52,357 nucleotides of DNA, taken from Patescibacteria group bacterium. Lineage in GTDB: Bacteria; Patescibacteriota; Minisyncoccia; JAHIHE01; JAGLIN01. A program made the translations under genes and the position numbers. The stretch lies in assembly GCA_041670805.1 (NCBI GenBank), contig JBAXYM010000004.1, forward strand, positions 1 to 52,357, read 5' to 3'. Shown here one piece after another: positions 1 through 9,973 of this stretch (its first letter is position 1; the number at the start of each line of letters is the position of its first letter). The notes under the pieces were generated by a model that saw nothing but the letters and a program-made list of their open reading frames with translations, did no database searches and was not told the origin of the DNA.

Positions 1-415
1 ATTTCTTTTCATTCAGTCTTTTGATTTGTCCTTGCATTTTTTTGTATGTTAAATAAATAAGTCCGAAGTAATATGTTGAAATATTAATAGTGACAATAAT
101 AGTTTCGCATAGTCTTGCGGCAGTCTTTGTTAAGACCGATTACCTTGAATTGCAAGATTCAAGCTAACGAGTTGACTATATCATAGAATAATAACGTTGT
201 CAAGCATTTTTCGTTCCAAAAAAATAGCTCGGATTATGATTTTTACTTCCAATAATTTACCTACTGATGCCTTCGAGACGACAAAGACGGATCGCTTAAT
301 TTATCTTGCCGTTTCTTATGAATCATATATAATTTTATATGCCATTAATATAGAATTATGTACGATAAAGACAAACAATTTTTATGCAATCGGCAAGGCA
401 AACAAAAAGATAACA

Positions 416-2606
416 ATGATGACCCCTCAAGAGAAAATTGAACTTTTTAAAAGCATCTTCCGCGGACGTGAAGATGTTTTTGCCGTGTATTGGAAGAAGG
501 CTGATAAATCGGCCGGCGGTTATACCCCCGGCATGTATGAACGAATGGAAATCGGGACTGTGCCACAAATTGCAAAAACAAAAATGCAAGGATTGTCCGA
601 ATGCCAAATATGCGGAACTTAACGATTATTATATTGAGCAGCATTTGCGCGGGCAAAAGCTTCTTGGCATCTATCCCCTTTTCGAAAGCAGCAAGTCGTA
701 TTTGATTGCCGCGGATTTTGACGGCAAGAATTGGCGAAAAGATATTTTAAAATCTTATAAAAAATGTACCGAATGCGATTTGCCTGTTTATGTCGAGAGA
801 TCGAAATCCGGCAAAGGCGGACATGCCTGGCTGTTTTTCGAAGACGGTTATCCGGCTTTCAAAAGTAGAAACATTGTCATCAATATTTTGAGGGAAGCCA
901 ATATCATCGACCAACTCGCAAAAGACGACAGTTTCGACCGCCTTTTTCCGAATCAAGACACTTTAAGCGGCAAGGGCTTCGGCAACCTGATCGCCCTGCC
1001 GCTTTACGGTAAGGCTCGAGAAAACGGCAACACGGTTTTTCTCGATCCAAAAAATGATCTGCTGACATTCAGCGATCAAGGGGAATTATTAGGTGGCATC
1101 CGAAAAATTACTCTCGCACAATTGGACAATCTATATGATAAATTTAACGGGAAATCGGACTCAAAAGAGCTATCGAAAAAAATTAAATCCGCCGGGCAAT
1201 TAAACCTGATCCTGGCAGAACAAATTTCTATAAGCAAAATCAATCTTCCCAAAAAGCTCATCAATTTCTTGCGGGAAGAATTGAACTTCATAAATTCGGA
1301 GTTTTTGATAAAGAAGAGGATGGGCGTCAGCACTTACAAAATCGAAAGATATTTCAAACTGATTGATTCAACCGAAGACTTTTATACCGTTCCAAGAGGC
1401 TTTTTGAGCGAAATAATAAATTTCCTGAACGAGAACGGCATAAAGTTTACGATTGAAGACGGGCGCAAGAAATGCGATGAAATCAGTTTTGAGAATTCCT
1501 GCAAACTTTACGATTACCAAACCGAGGCCGTCAAAAAAATGCTTGCCGAGGAAAATGACATTCTGGTCGCACCGCCGGGAGCAGGCAAAACGATTATGGG
1601 CATTGAGATAATTGCTCAATCAAAACAACCGACTCTGATTTTAGTCCACAAAAAACAAATATACGGCCAATGGCTTGAACGGATAGAAAGTTTTTTGAAT
1701 ATCCCCAAGAGAGAAATCGGGCAGATATGCTCCGGCAAGAAAACCGCGGGAAAGAAAATAACGATCGCCATGCTTCAAACCTTATCCAATATCGAAAACC
1801 CGGAAAAAGAATTGGGTCTTGGTGATATCGGTTTGGTGCTGGTGGATGAATGCCATCATATCCCCGCCAAAACTTTCCGGAAAGTTGTTACCAAACTGAA
1901 TCCGTATTATTTATACGGTCTCACCGCCACACCCAAAAGAAAGCACAATGATGAAAAATTAATTTATATTTTCTTGGGCGAAATCTTGCATGAAATCGAC
2001 AAGGATTTTAATTTTCCGCAAAAGAAAGAAAACACCGCCGCTGCAAATTCCGGAATAAAGGTCATAATCAAAAATACCGAAATCGACGTGCCGTTCAAAG
2101 TCAAGGTGGACAATTTTCAAGTACTGTCAAAAATAATCATCTTCGACTCAAGCCGCAATCGACTGATTGCGGATGATGTAATTAAAGAAGCGGGAGGCGG
2201 CAATAAATGTCTGATCTTAACGGAAAGAAAAGAGCACGTCGAAACTCTGAGCTATTATTTCAAAAGCGGATATGAAATAATAACCTTGACCGGCGACTTG
2301 TCGGAAAAACAAAAGAAAGAAAAAATGAAACAAATCCATGCTGGCAATTTTCAGATCTTGATCGCCACGGGGCAACTGATCGGCGAAGGCACCGACCTCC
2401 CCAGCCTGAATCGCCTATTTCTGGTCTATCCGTTTTCTTTTGAAGGCAAGCTGACTCAATATATCGGACGAATTCAAAGAGGACAAAATAGCGATAATAT
2501 CATTTACGACTATCGGGATGCCAAAATCGATTATTTGGAAAAATTTTATAAAAAACGGAGAAAGTATTATGAGAAGCATTTTTCTTTGGACAATTTGAAT
2601 GAATAA
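416..2606 (+). pseudogene. PrimPol (archaeo-eukaryotic primase) domain fused to SF2 DExH helicase; reading frame interrupted by a 1-nt indel
   Basis: ATG at 416 (MMTPQEKIELFKSIFRGREDVFAVYWKK..GGYTP, frame of ORF 197..622) continues in ORF 438..2606 as ACMNEWKSGLC..CKDCPN..LIAADFDGKNW..ERSKSGKGGHAWLFF (AEP-like motifs). Helicase motifs follow: APPGAGKT, LVDECHH, TATP and a C-terminal RecA-like domain (GQLIGEGTDLP, YIGRIQR). The frames switch at the C5 run 525-529. Confidence 0.75.
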
Positions 2607-2612
2607 TACCAG

Positions 2613-2732
2613 ATTAACTTAATCCGTTACATAATTATTTGACATTTATCCCCCCTCACCCTGACCCTCTCCCGATAGGAGAAGGAGGGGATCCAAATAC
2701 TTTATGAGCGGATTGTGGTACGGATTAAGTTA
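2613..2732. repeat. MITE-like palindromic element, copy 1 (about 120 bp)
   Basis: Terminal inverted repeats AACTTAATCCGTTAC (2616-2630) and GTACGGATTAAGTT (2718-2731). Internal GC hairpin CCCCTCACCCTGACCCTCTCC..GGAGAAGGAGGGG. About 85-90% identical by eye to 45068-45187, same orientation. Confidence 0.8.
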
Positions 2733-3075
2733 CTTTAGTATGAGAACCTTCTTCATAGACACCGCATTCCTCCATCCTTTCCAAAATCTTATCGATTTTC
2801 AAAGTAGCCTCATACAGAGCATCCGCCCTTTTTTCCGCATGCTTGGACTGCAAGTTGTCGGCAATGAGCATCAACGGAAGCAAAACCAGTTGCAGCCAGC
2901 CCGATGATATAAACTGCACATAATCCCTCCAACCGGGATTATACAAAACACTGAAACAAAGGATATTACAGATAACAAAAAAAATGACCGTTCCGACACG
3001 ATCGACTATCAGCATAGCCGCCTTATCGGACATTGACAGACTTTCCTCATGCACCACGTTGGCATTTTTCGACAT
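2725..3075 (-). CDS. small membrane protein (DUF1003-like, tentative)
   Basis: ORF 2725..3138; likely start MSKNANVVHEE at 3075. Two hydrophobic helices (VIFFVICNILCFSVLY, WLQLVLLPLMLIA) followed by QSKHAEKRADALYE. The TAA stop lies inside the right TIR of the MITE-like repeat. Confidence 0.45.
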   Translation of the reverse strand: MSKNANVVHEESLSMSDKAAMLIVDRVGTVIFFVICNILCFSVLYNPGWRDYVQFISSGWLQLVLLPLMLIADNLQSKHAEKRADALYEATLKIDKILERMEECGVYEEGSHTKVT

Positions 3076-3217
3076 ACGATTGCGATTTAATAATAAAAAT
3101 CCCCATACCTCCACGCCGGCTTTTGTTTTTATTTTCATAAAAACAAAAGAAAACCTCGACGAAAATCCATTCCTTTTTCATTCACCCCGACACCCCTTAC
3201 AATTAAACTATAATTTT

Positions 3218-3778
3218 CTAATTAAAACTGGACTTCAGTTCTTTTCTTATCTCATCATAATCAGGAATAGCTACAGACACTAGATTCCAAAATTTTCTGG
3301 AGTGATTAAACTCCTTCAGATGACAAATCTCGTGCACAACTACATATTCCGCAAGTTTTTCCGGCAAAAATAATATTTTATAATTAAAATTCAAATTACC
3401 CTTTCCAGAACAACTTCCCCATCTGGTTTTTTGGTTTTTAACATTTATCTTGTTATAGCTAAAATTATAAAACTTATTAAGTTCTTTGACCTTTTGCATT
3501 GCAAATTCCAAAGCTTCCTTTGCGTGTTTTTGATAATGAGCCTCGTCGTTTCTAAAAATCCCCAGACCGCTAAGCGACTTGAAATATTCCAATTTTTCCA
3601 GCACCCAATTAGCTCTATCTTTCAAAAAATTATCAACCAACTCATTTCTTACTCCATATGGTTTAGTCACCACAAAACTGCCGTCACAGTAAACCGCCAA
3701 ACGCATTCTCTTGGCTCGCCTGCTTGTTTTTAACTTATAAACAACCGTTTTATTATGTAATTTGATTGTTTTTTCCAT
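3218..3778 (-). CDS. YgjP-like M48/DUF45 zinc metallopeptidase
   Basis: HEICHLKEFNHSRKFW (HExxH) and RWGSCS motifs. About 186 aa, 2 nt downstream of hsdR, a typical type I R-M companion. Confidence 0.85.
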   Translation of the reverse strand: MEKTIKLHNKTVVYKLKTSRRAKRMRLAVYCDGSFVVTKPYGVRNELVDNFLKDRANWVLEKLEYFKSLSGLGIFRNDEAHYQKHAKEALEFAMQKVKELNKFYNFSYNKINVKNQKTRWGSCSGKGNLNFNYKILFLPEKLAEYVVVHEICHLKEFNHSRKFWNLVSVAIPDYDEIRKELKSSFN

Positions 3779-3780
3779 AG

Positions 3781-6732
3781 TTAAAACTTTTTAATAATAA
3801 TATCAACCAAACGATTCAGATATTTATTAAAATCATTAACTTCAAGCCTCCCCTTATATTCCTTCAAAACCAAAGATTGGACTATCTTTTTTATATCCTT
3901 AAGAAACTGATCTCTTTTAGTAGATTCTTGCCAACCCTTGTCCAAAACGCCTTCCAATTCTTTCGACAAGTCTTTTATAAAATCTTTCATCACGTCATCC
4001 TTGAAATTACTCACGAACTCTTCAGAAATAACATATAGACCGTACTCTTTCAGATTCATTCCAAGCTCTTTTGCTTCTTCCTGTTTATCCTTAATATCAT
4101 TCAGAAGTTCATAATATCTCTTTATCCTGGTTTGCAAATCAATCTGGTTTTGCTCGAATTCTTTTCTAATAGCAGACAGTCTCTCGCTGAATTTTTTATA
4201 AGCCGGATGAGAATCCATATTGATGGAAATTTCCTGCTTGAGCATTTTCTCCAAATTCAAAGCCTTCTCTTCGTCATCCATCTTGTCTAGTCTCTCAAAA
4301 GTATATAGCTCATTGACTTTCAGCTCTCTGAAATTCTTAGTAATTCCTTCATAATCAATTTTCTTCTGAATGAGTTCTTTCACTTTTTCGCCATATTCCG
4401 CCAGTTCATGACTGTCCTGTTCGTTCATTTTAAATTCCTTGGCAAAAGCCAGATAAAAACCGGTGATCCATTCGAATTTTCCCAGGTATTCTTCCAGAAA
4501 AGGATCCGGCGATAAAATTTCAAACAGTAGTTTCAGCTTGTTGTATTTGTCGGAGAAAAATTGCTGCTTGTCTTTATTCTCAATAAATATTTTAAAGCAT
4601 CGGCGCAAATTTTCAATGGATGGATCTTCTATATTAATGCCGACAAACAAATCCATAATCTCATCCAGAGTTTCAATAAACTTTTCTTTAATAGCATCAA
4701 TATTTATCAAAGCGCTATCAATCACGCTCTCGTCAAAATCCAAAGCCTTCTGCAAATTTCTGGTAATTCCATAATAATCAATGATCTTTCCGCAGCCTTT
4801 ATTCGGATATACCCTATTTGTTCTTGCGATAGCTTGAAGCAAATTATGATCACGAAGCGGCTTATCCAGATACATCGCTTGCTCGATTGGAGCGTCAAAA
4901 CCGGTAAGAAGCATATCGCAAACCAGCAAAAATCTAAGCGGACTTTCCTTGTCCTTAAAACGATTGATTATCGTCTCTCTTTCTTTTTTATTTGTATTAT
5001 ATTTTTCCAGACTGTCGCTTTCAGAGTTAGGATCCCCGGGAGAATAAACCACCTCGCTCCATTCAGACGGAACAAGTTTATCCAGCAGTTCTTTATACTT
5101 TGCCGTTGCTTCCCGATCATAGCAAACAATTTGCGCCTTAAAACCATTAGGTTCGACATAAAGCTTATAATGTTCAACAATATCTTTTGCAACAGCTTCC
5201 ATTCTCTTTTCAAGCTTCACGACAGCTTCTTTTTTGCCGTATTTTTTTGACAAATATTCTTTCTGATCTTCCGACAAATCTTTTGTAAGCTCATTAAATT
5301 GTTTTTCAACCTGTTCTTCGTCTATAAAAAATTTGGAAAGTCTGGCTTCATAAGTAACCGGCAAAGTCGCCTCGTCATCCACTGCCTGTTTGATGGAATA
5401 ATAATCCAAATATCTCTCCCCTTCCTCGCCGAAGTTTCGGTGCGTATTCAAAGTCAATTTATCAATCGGCGTTCCGGTAAAGCCGAAGAAAAAAGCATTT
5501 TTCATAGAGCTGCGCAATTTAATCGCCGAAATCCCTTCGTTATCGCGATGAGCTTCATCGGAAAGCACAATCACATTACTATTCAACATTTTCGCATCGC
5601 TTCCTAACTCTGAAAATTTCTGAATGGTCGAAATAAAGATTCCGCGCTCGGAAGATTTGATCTTTTTCTCCAAATCTTTCCTCGAAGTTACACGAATAAC
5701 ATTCTTTCCTCCGCAATTTATAAAAGTATCAAAAATCTGAGTGTCCAGGTCCACACGATCAACCAAAACAAAAACCTTGGGATTTTCCAACTTTTTTGAA
5801 AAACGAAGTTTCCAGGCTGCGAAAAACATAGTCAGGCTTTTTCCGCTCCCTTGGGTATGCCATATCAATCCTTTTTTACTTTCTCCTTTTTCTACCCTCT
5901 CAACGATTTTGTTGGCCGCGCGATATTGCTGATAGCGACAAATTTTCTTGATTCTCTGTTCTTTTTCCTGCTCAAATAAAATGAAATTGGAAATAATATC
6001 CAAAAGTCTGTTTTTTTCAAGCAAACAAAACAAAGTAAGCTCCAACTCTTCCTTGTATTTTTTCTGCAAATCTTCATCTTTCCAACGCAAAAAATATTGT
6101 TTCGGCGTATAAGTTGCTCCGTAAACCGTGTTCAAGCCATCGGAAGCAATATTGAAACAATTCGGCAAAAACATCTTGCGGGCATTTTTCTCATATCGTT
6201 TCAACTGCCCGATTGCCTTTTCAAAATCAACGCTCGTCGAAGCGGTCGGACTCTTGGCTTCAATGTCCACAATCGGAAGGCCATTCAAAAAAATCATAAT
6301 ATCAGGTCGGATGTTTTCCAGTTCACCTTCAAAATATAACTGATTCGTAACGACAAATCTATTGTTCTCTATCTTATCATAATCAACAACAAGATAATCC
6401 CGCTTCTTGCCGGTTTTCAGATCTTTGATATTGACTCCGTTACGATATAAATTTAAAAACCCCTCATTGGTATCAATTTTCCTGACTTCACGAACGACTG
6501 TCAGCGCCTCTTCTTCACTGATATTATTTATCTTTTTCACAGCTTCAAGCAAAAGCGGAACTATAACATATTCGCTCTCAAATTCCCTCGACTTTGAAAA
6601 TTCTTCCGAAGAAATATATTCATAGCCCAAACCACCTTTGTTATCTTGATCACTTTTCTTCTCAGAAAGGTTTGCTCCTGAAAGAAATTTTATAATGTGA
6701 TTTTCTACTGTATATTGTTCGTTAAACTTCAT
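3781..6732 (-). CDS. hsdR: type I restriction endonuclease subunit R
   Basis: 983 aa. N-terminal nuclease region (PDIMIFLNGLPIVDIEAKS), helicase motifs WHTQGSGKSLTM (Walker A) and VLSDEAHR (DEAH), long helical C-terminus. Confidence 0.95.
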   Translation of the reverse strand: MKFNEQYTVENHIIKFLSGANLSEKKSDQDNKGGLGYEYISSEEFSKSREFESEYVIVPLLLEAVKKINNISEEEALTVVREVRKIDTNEGFLNLYRNGVNIKDLKTGKKRDYLVVDYDKIENNRFVVTNQLYFEGELENIRPDIMIFLNGLPIVDIEAKSPTASTSVDFEKAIGQLKRYEKNARKMFLPNCFNIASDGLNTVYGATYTPKQYFLRWKDEDLQKKYKEELELTLFCLLEKNRLLDIISNFILFEQEKEQRIKKICRYQQYRAANKIVERVEKGESKKGLIWHTQGSGKSLTMFFAAWKLRFSKKLENPKVFVLVDRVDLDTQIFDTFINCGGKNVIRVTSRKDLEKKIKSSERGIFISTIQKFSELGSDAKMLNSNVIVLSDEAHRDNEGISAIKLRSSMKNAFFFGFTGTPIDKLTLNTHRNFGEEGERYLDYYSIKQAVDDEATLPVTYEARLSKFFIDEEQVEKQFNELTKDLSEDQKEYLSKKYGKKEAVVKLEKRMEAVAKDIVEHYKLYVEPNGFKAQIVCYDREATAKYKELLDKLVPSEWSEVVYSPGDPNSESDSLEKYNTNKKERETIINRFKDKESPLRFLLVCDMLLTGFDAPIEQAMYLDKPLRDHNLLQAIARTNRVYPNKGCGKIIDYYGITRNLQKALDFDESVIDSALINIDAIKEKFIETLDEIMDLFVGINIEDPSIENLRRCFKIFIENKDKQQFFSDKYNKLKLLFEILSPDPFLEEYLGKFEWITGFYLAFAKEFKMNEQDSHELAEYGEKVKELIQKKIDYEGITKNFRELKVNELYTFERLDKMDDEEKALNLEKMLKQEISINMDSHPAYKKFSERLSAIRKEFEQNQIDLQTRIKRYYELLNDIKDKQEEAKELGMNLKEYGLYVISEEFVSNFKDDVMKDFIKDLSKELEGVLDKGWQESTKRDQFLKDIKKIVQSLVLKEYKGRLEVNDFNKYLNRLVDIIIKKF

Positions 6733-6737
6733 AGGGT

Positions 6738-7586
6738 TTATTTCGCTAATTTATCTTTATCCAAATCTTTTAGGCTTTTCTTTTCGTCAGACTTTAATTT
6801 TCTTTCTATTTTTTTAATGTCTTCTTCGGCTGGTAATTTTTCAGGATATATTCCTCTGGAAATGAGAGTTTTTCTGACACTCCTATTATTAGTAACATGC
6901 TCTTCGGAAATACTTAGCTCCGTATTTAGTCCCTTCTCTTTTGCATTAAAAATTGTAATTTCAGATGCAAAATCTTTTGCTTTCAAGATAATGGTCGGCT
7001 GAAAATCGGATAATGGCCTGGATTGCGGAATGCCCAATTTATCTTTCATCTCCTGCGTAGTATATCCAAATAAGGCCTTGTCTCCTTTGCTTCTAATCAA
7101 AGCAAAATTTTTATCGCTACCGGTTTGTTGAAAGATAACTCCAGACAATTGCTTTTCCGTCTCCGTTAATTTATGCCTGGCCTGCAATCTCTCAAACTCC
7201 TGAATCTTCTTCTCTATTATCTCAAATTTTCTAGTTTGTACAGCAAAATATGTCTGCGCGAAAGCTATTTCTTCTTTGGAAGAATCGCCGTTTTGAGCAA
7301 TCAAATAACATGCATATCTTGTCAGCATCATATCAGACACCGTTTTTTCCGCATTTTTAGGCATTTTTATCGTTTTCCCGATGTCGGCAAAATGATCGGA
7401 AACTTGTCCACCGGACAATTCACAAGCCGTTTTTGCCTTAGAAATAACATTCAGAAAATTATCCCATTTGGCATAACCGAGTAAATATTGCAAATCGCGA
7501 GCAAGCCAGAATTCAATGCCATCTTCTGTTTTATTGACATACGATTCAAAATTCTTCGTAAGCGATTTTATGATTTCTTGTTCCAT
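6738..7586 (-). CDS. dinD: DNA-damage-inducible protein D (DinD/BRO-N-like)
   Basis: N-terminus GIEFWLARDLQYLLGYAKWDNFLNVISKAKTACELSG..VSDHF..MLTRYACYLIAQNGD..IAFAQTYFAVQTRK matches the DinD pattern as I recall it. Sits between the protease gene and hsdR. Confidence 0.8.
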   Translation of the reverse strand: MEQEIIKSLTKNFESYVNKTEDGIEFWLARDLQYLLGYAKWDNFLNVISKAKTACELSGGQVSDHFADIGKTIKMPKNAEKTVSDMMLTRYACYLIAQNGDSSKEEIAFAQTYFAVQTRKFEIIEKKIQEFERLQARHKLTETEKQLSGVIFQQTGSDKNFALIRSKGDKALFGYTTQEMKDKLGIPQSRPLSDFQPTIILKAKDFASEITIFNAKEKGLNTELSISEEHVTNNRSVRKTLISRGIYPEKLPAEEDIKKIERKLKSDEKKSLKDLDKDKLAK

Positions 7587-7618
7587 TGATTTAAAGCTTA
7601 CTTAGTTAATTATTTCTA

Positions 7619-8398
7619 TTAAAAGTCTTCTTCTAAAAGTTTTTCGCATGAAAATGCATACCCTATACCTGTGTTAGCTGAGCGTTTTATATTTTGCGAT
7701 ATTAATTTCATCTGATTTTGTGAAACTTTGAAAAATTCTATCGGATTTATTCCTAGCATTCCTATACTACCGTTTTTTTGTGCGGCTTCTAATGCTCTTA
7801 TATTTTCAGAAAAAGATTCTAACAAATCATCAAAATCTTTAGCCAAACCCGATTGCTTTCTTGTTACTATTCCGATCACCTTTTCCGTAGCTAAATGATA
7901 AAGTGGCCCGCCTGAGTTACCTTGATTTATACTTGCATCAATTTGGATTTTATTTATACCACCATCTTCATAAAGAGCCGAAATTCTTCCGTAATGAGTT
8001 GTTAGATAAGAAGTTCCAAAAGGAAAACCAAGCAACACGACCTCATCTCCTTCGCTAATATATTCAAGATTACTCAAGTCAAAATTAAATCGTTTTTCAA
8101 TATCTCTAACTTTCTCAGATACATCATATACAGCGAAATCTGCATTTGATTCGTCTGAACCGGTAATAAGTTTTAAATCTTTCATTTCTAGCTCTGTTTT
8201 TTCTTTATCACCAAAAATTAAATTTAATTTGGTTTCGTTGTCAAAGACAAATCCACTCGGATGAAACACATGCGAATTTGTAACAAGTCTGCCCTTATAA
8301 ATAAATCCGGATCCTGAATTAACAAGCACGCCATTAAGATAAAATTCAATTTTGCAAACCCCAGATCTAGTCTGATTTATTATTTCTTGTATAATCAT
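7619..8398 (-). CDS. trypsin-like (S1/chymotrypsin fold) serine protease, cytoplasmic
   Basis: GSGFIYKGRLVTNSHV (His), acidic residue region, GNSGGPL (catalytic Ser). No signal peptide. Its start overlaps the upstream stop by 4 nt (8395-8398). Confidence 0.8.
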   Translation of the reverse strand: MIIQEIINQTRSGVCKIEFYLNGVLVNSGSGFIYKGRLVTNSHVFHPSGFVFDNETKLNLIFGDKEKTELEMKDLKLITGSDESNADFAVYDVSEKVRDIEKRFNFDLSNLEYISEGDEVVLLGFPFGTSYLTTHYGRISALYEDGGINKIQIDASINQGNSGGPLYHLATEKVIGIVTRKQSGLAKDFDDLLESFSENIRALEAAQKNGSIGMLGINPIEFFKVSQNQMKLISQNIKRSANTGIGYAFSCEKLLEEDF

Positions 8399-8925
8399 AA
8401 ATTAAAAATATTTACCGAATCAATTATGTATCTCAAATTTTGCCATGCCATAGCATAATCAGAAGCTAACATTGCGAGAATAAAGAAAACCAAAGAAATT
8501 ATTTTATTATCCTTTACAATTGTTGCACACTTAATAATTCCTACTGAAACAAACAACAATAATTTCCATAACCACCACAACAGATTGGTAATTTCCCAAA
8601 AGTCAAAATCGGAATAAAATAACTTGTAAATTTGATATTTTTTATCGAAACCATCCAAGATTTCCACCAAAACAATATTGTAATGCTTTATCAATTCTTC
8701 TGGTGCAAAAGGCTCAAAACCATCATCACAATCGGGAAGATGCAATTTTATTATTTTCTCTTTTTGTAATTTTAACAAAATTCTCTTTTCCTCATCATCA
8801 CTTAATATCCCAGCTCCGACTAGGCGTGTATTGAAGATAAACCTAACCCACCTCGAATCAGGATTTATTTCACTTTCTTCCTTTATTTGTTTTAAAACTT
8901 TTCCTATTTTCCGTTTGGCATTCAT
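8395..8925 (-). CDS. hypothetical membrane protein (N-terminal soluble domain plus 2 TM helices)
   Basis: 176-aa ORF. C-terminal hydrophobic helices (LLWWLWKLLLFVSVGII, ISLVFFILAMLA). 4-nt overlaps with hsdS upstream and the protease downstream. Confidence 0.5.
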   Translation of the reverse strand: MNAKRKIGKVLKQIKEESEINPDSRWVRFIFNTRLVGAGILSDDEEKRILLKLQKEKIIKLHLPDCDDGFEPFAPEELIKHYNIVLVEILDGFDKKYQIYKLFYSDFDFWEITNLLWWLWKLLLFVSVGIIKCATIVKDNKIISLVFFILAMLASDYAMAWQNLRYIIDSVNIFNL

Positions 8926-9479
8926 ATTTTTACTCTAACCTCTCCACTCAAAAGATCTTGCATCAATCCGTTCTTCAGCTTCTGCGTATTTTTGATTATC
9001 TCATCCGTTTTCTCAATATCTTTATCGACACAAGCCAAAATCTCCGCAATCTTTTTTTGCTCTGAGATTGGTGGAACATTTACTTGAATATTTTGAACAA
9101 TAGGCAATCTTAAAGATTTGACTGTGCTACCGACTGCCTTTTGAGCAAAGATATATCTGTTAAAAAATAAATATTGATATAAATAAGGAAGATAGATTTT
9201 ATCATCTTTAGCAAAAATCGCATAAGCTCTTTGGTGAAGATCAAACTTCCCTTTGAAATATTTCGGTATAAAATCGGCACCCTCGCCTGGCAAAATAATT
9301 ACTTCTTTGTCAAAAAGATATTTATTGCTTCTTTTAATTAGAACAGACCTATCAAAAAGTGGATACTCTCCGTCGATAACAGCATCTTGGGTGTTAGTTT
9401 TGCCATTAGTAACAAAAGCAACTTCACCAAGCCTTACCTTTGTCCACTCTCTTGGAATTGTACTTTCTTTATTTTTCAT
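8922..9479 (-). CDS. hsdS: type I R-M specificity subunit, half-size (single target-recognition domain)
   Basis: PREWTKVRLGEVAFVTNGKT at the N-terminus and the conserved C-terminal helix PPISEQKKIAEIL..IKNTQKLKNGLMQDLLSGEVRV. Only 185 aa, against about 400 aa for a two-TRD HsdS. Confidence 0.8.
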   Translation of the reverse strand: MKNKESTIPREWTKVRLGEVAFVTNGKTNTQDAVIDGEYPLFDRSVLIKRSNKYLFDKEVIILPGEGADFIPKYFKGKFDLHQRAYAIFAKDDKIYLPYLYQYLFFNRYIFAQKAVGSTVKSLRLPIVQNIQVNVPPISEQKKIAEILACVDKDIEKTDEIIKNTQKLKNGLMQDLLSGEVRVKI

Positions 9480-9966
9480 TTATAGTTTTCCAGAATAATC
9501 CAATTATTAAATCATAACCTATCAAGTTGACTTGTTTCACAATAGCGTTATCCCAATCTCTCAATAAATCCCGCCTATGGCTAGAAAAAAAGGCGAAATG
9601 AAAGCCAGTGATGTTTTTATTTTTCAAATCGTAAATTATATCTTCGCTGGTAGGACTTTTAATCTCAATTCCATTTTGAATTTTATTGAAATGAAATTCC
9701 GAAAAAGGCCTTTTCTCATAATCAGTAATAAATATTTTTCTCTGATCTATGCTTTTATAAATTATTTTCCCATCACAGCCATAGATATGATGCTCATATG
9801 GAGGACACTTCTTATTAAAGTTTGAATGATAACTTGATTTCGTATGTAACGCCAAAATATGACGAATATAGAATCCTTGATCCTGCCCCTCTTCGCATTT
9901 CAAGAATCTGCAATAATCATTACCGCATTTTATTGTTAGATAGAATTCTTTTATTGGAGTTGCCAT
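9469..9966 (-). CDS. hypothetical protein
   Basis: ORF 9469..10005; probable start MATPIKEFYL at 9966. Cys/His-rich N-terminal half. No family recognised. Confidence 0.4.
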   Translation of the reverse strand: MATPIKEFYLTIKCGNDYCRFLKCEEGQDQGFYIRHILALHTKSSYHSNFNKKCPPYEHHIYGCDGKIIYKSIDQRKIFITDYEKRPFSEFHFNKIQNGIEIKSPTSEDIIYDLKNKNITGFHFAFFSSHRRDLLRDWDNAIVKQVNLIGYDLIIGLFWKTINEK

Positions 9967-9973
9967 AAATTTC

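Noticed and set aside
1-37. Possible start of a minus-strand gene leaving the window (ATG at 37-35, MQGQIKRLNEKK...)
   Set aside because: Only 12 codons are visible, which is not enough to support a feature call.
197-415. Upstream extension of the first ORF (TTG at 197, 73 extra residues)
   Set aside because: The extension is low-complexity and AT-rich. The conserved PrimPol N-terminus begins at the ATG at 416 (MMTPQEKIELF...), so the extension is most likely untranslated leader.
4463-6625. Numerous plus-strand ORFs (for example 4561..5250, 229 aa) inside the hsdR region. Similar antisense ORFs lie inside the helicase, hsdM, rSAM and pilC genes.
   Set aside because: They sit entirely antisense to long genes with clear family motifs. 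They are low-complexity, Ile/Phe/Ser/Leu-rich as expected for shadow frames in AT-rich DNA, and lack SD sequences or recognisable motifs.
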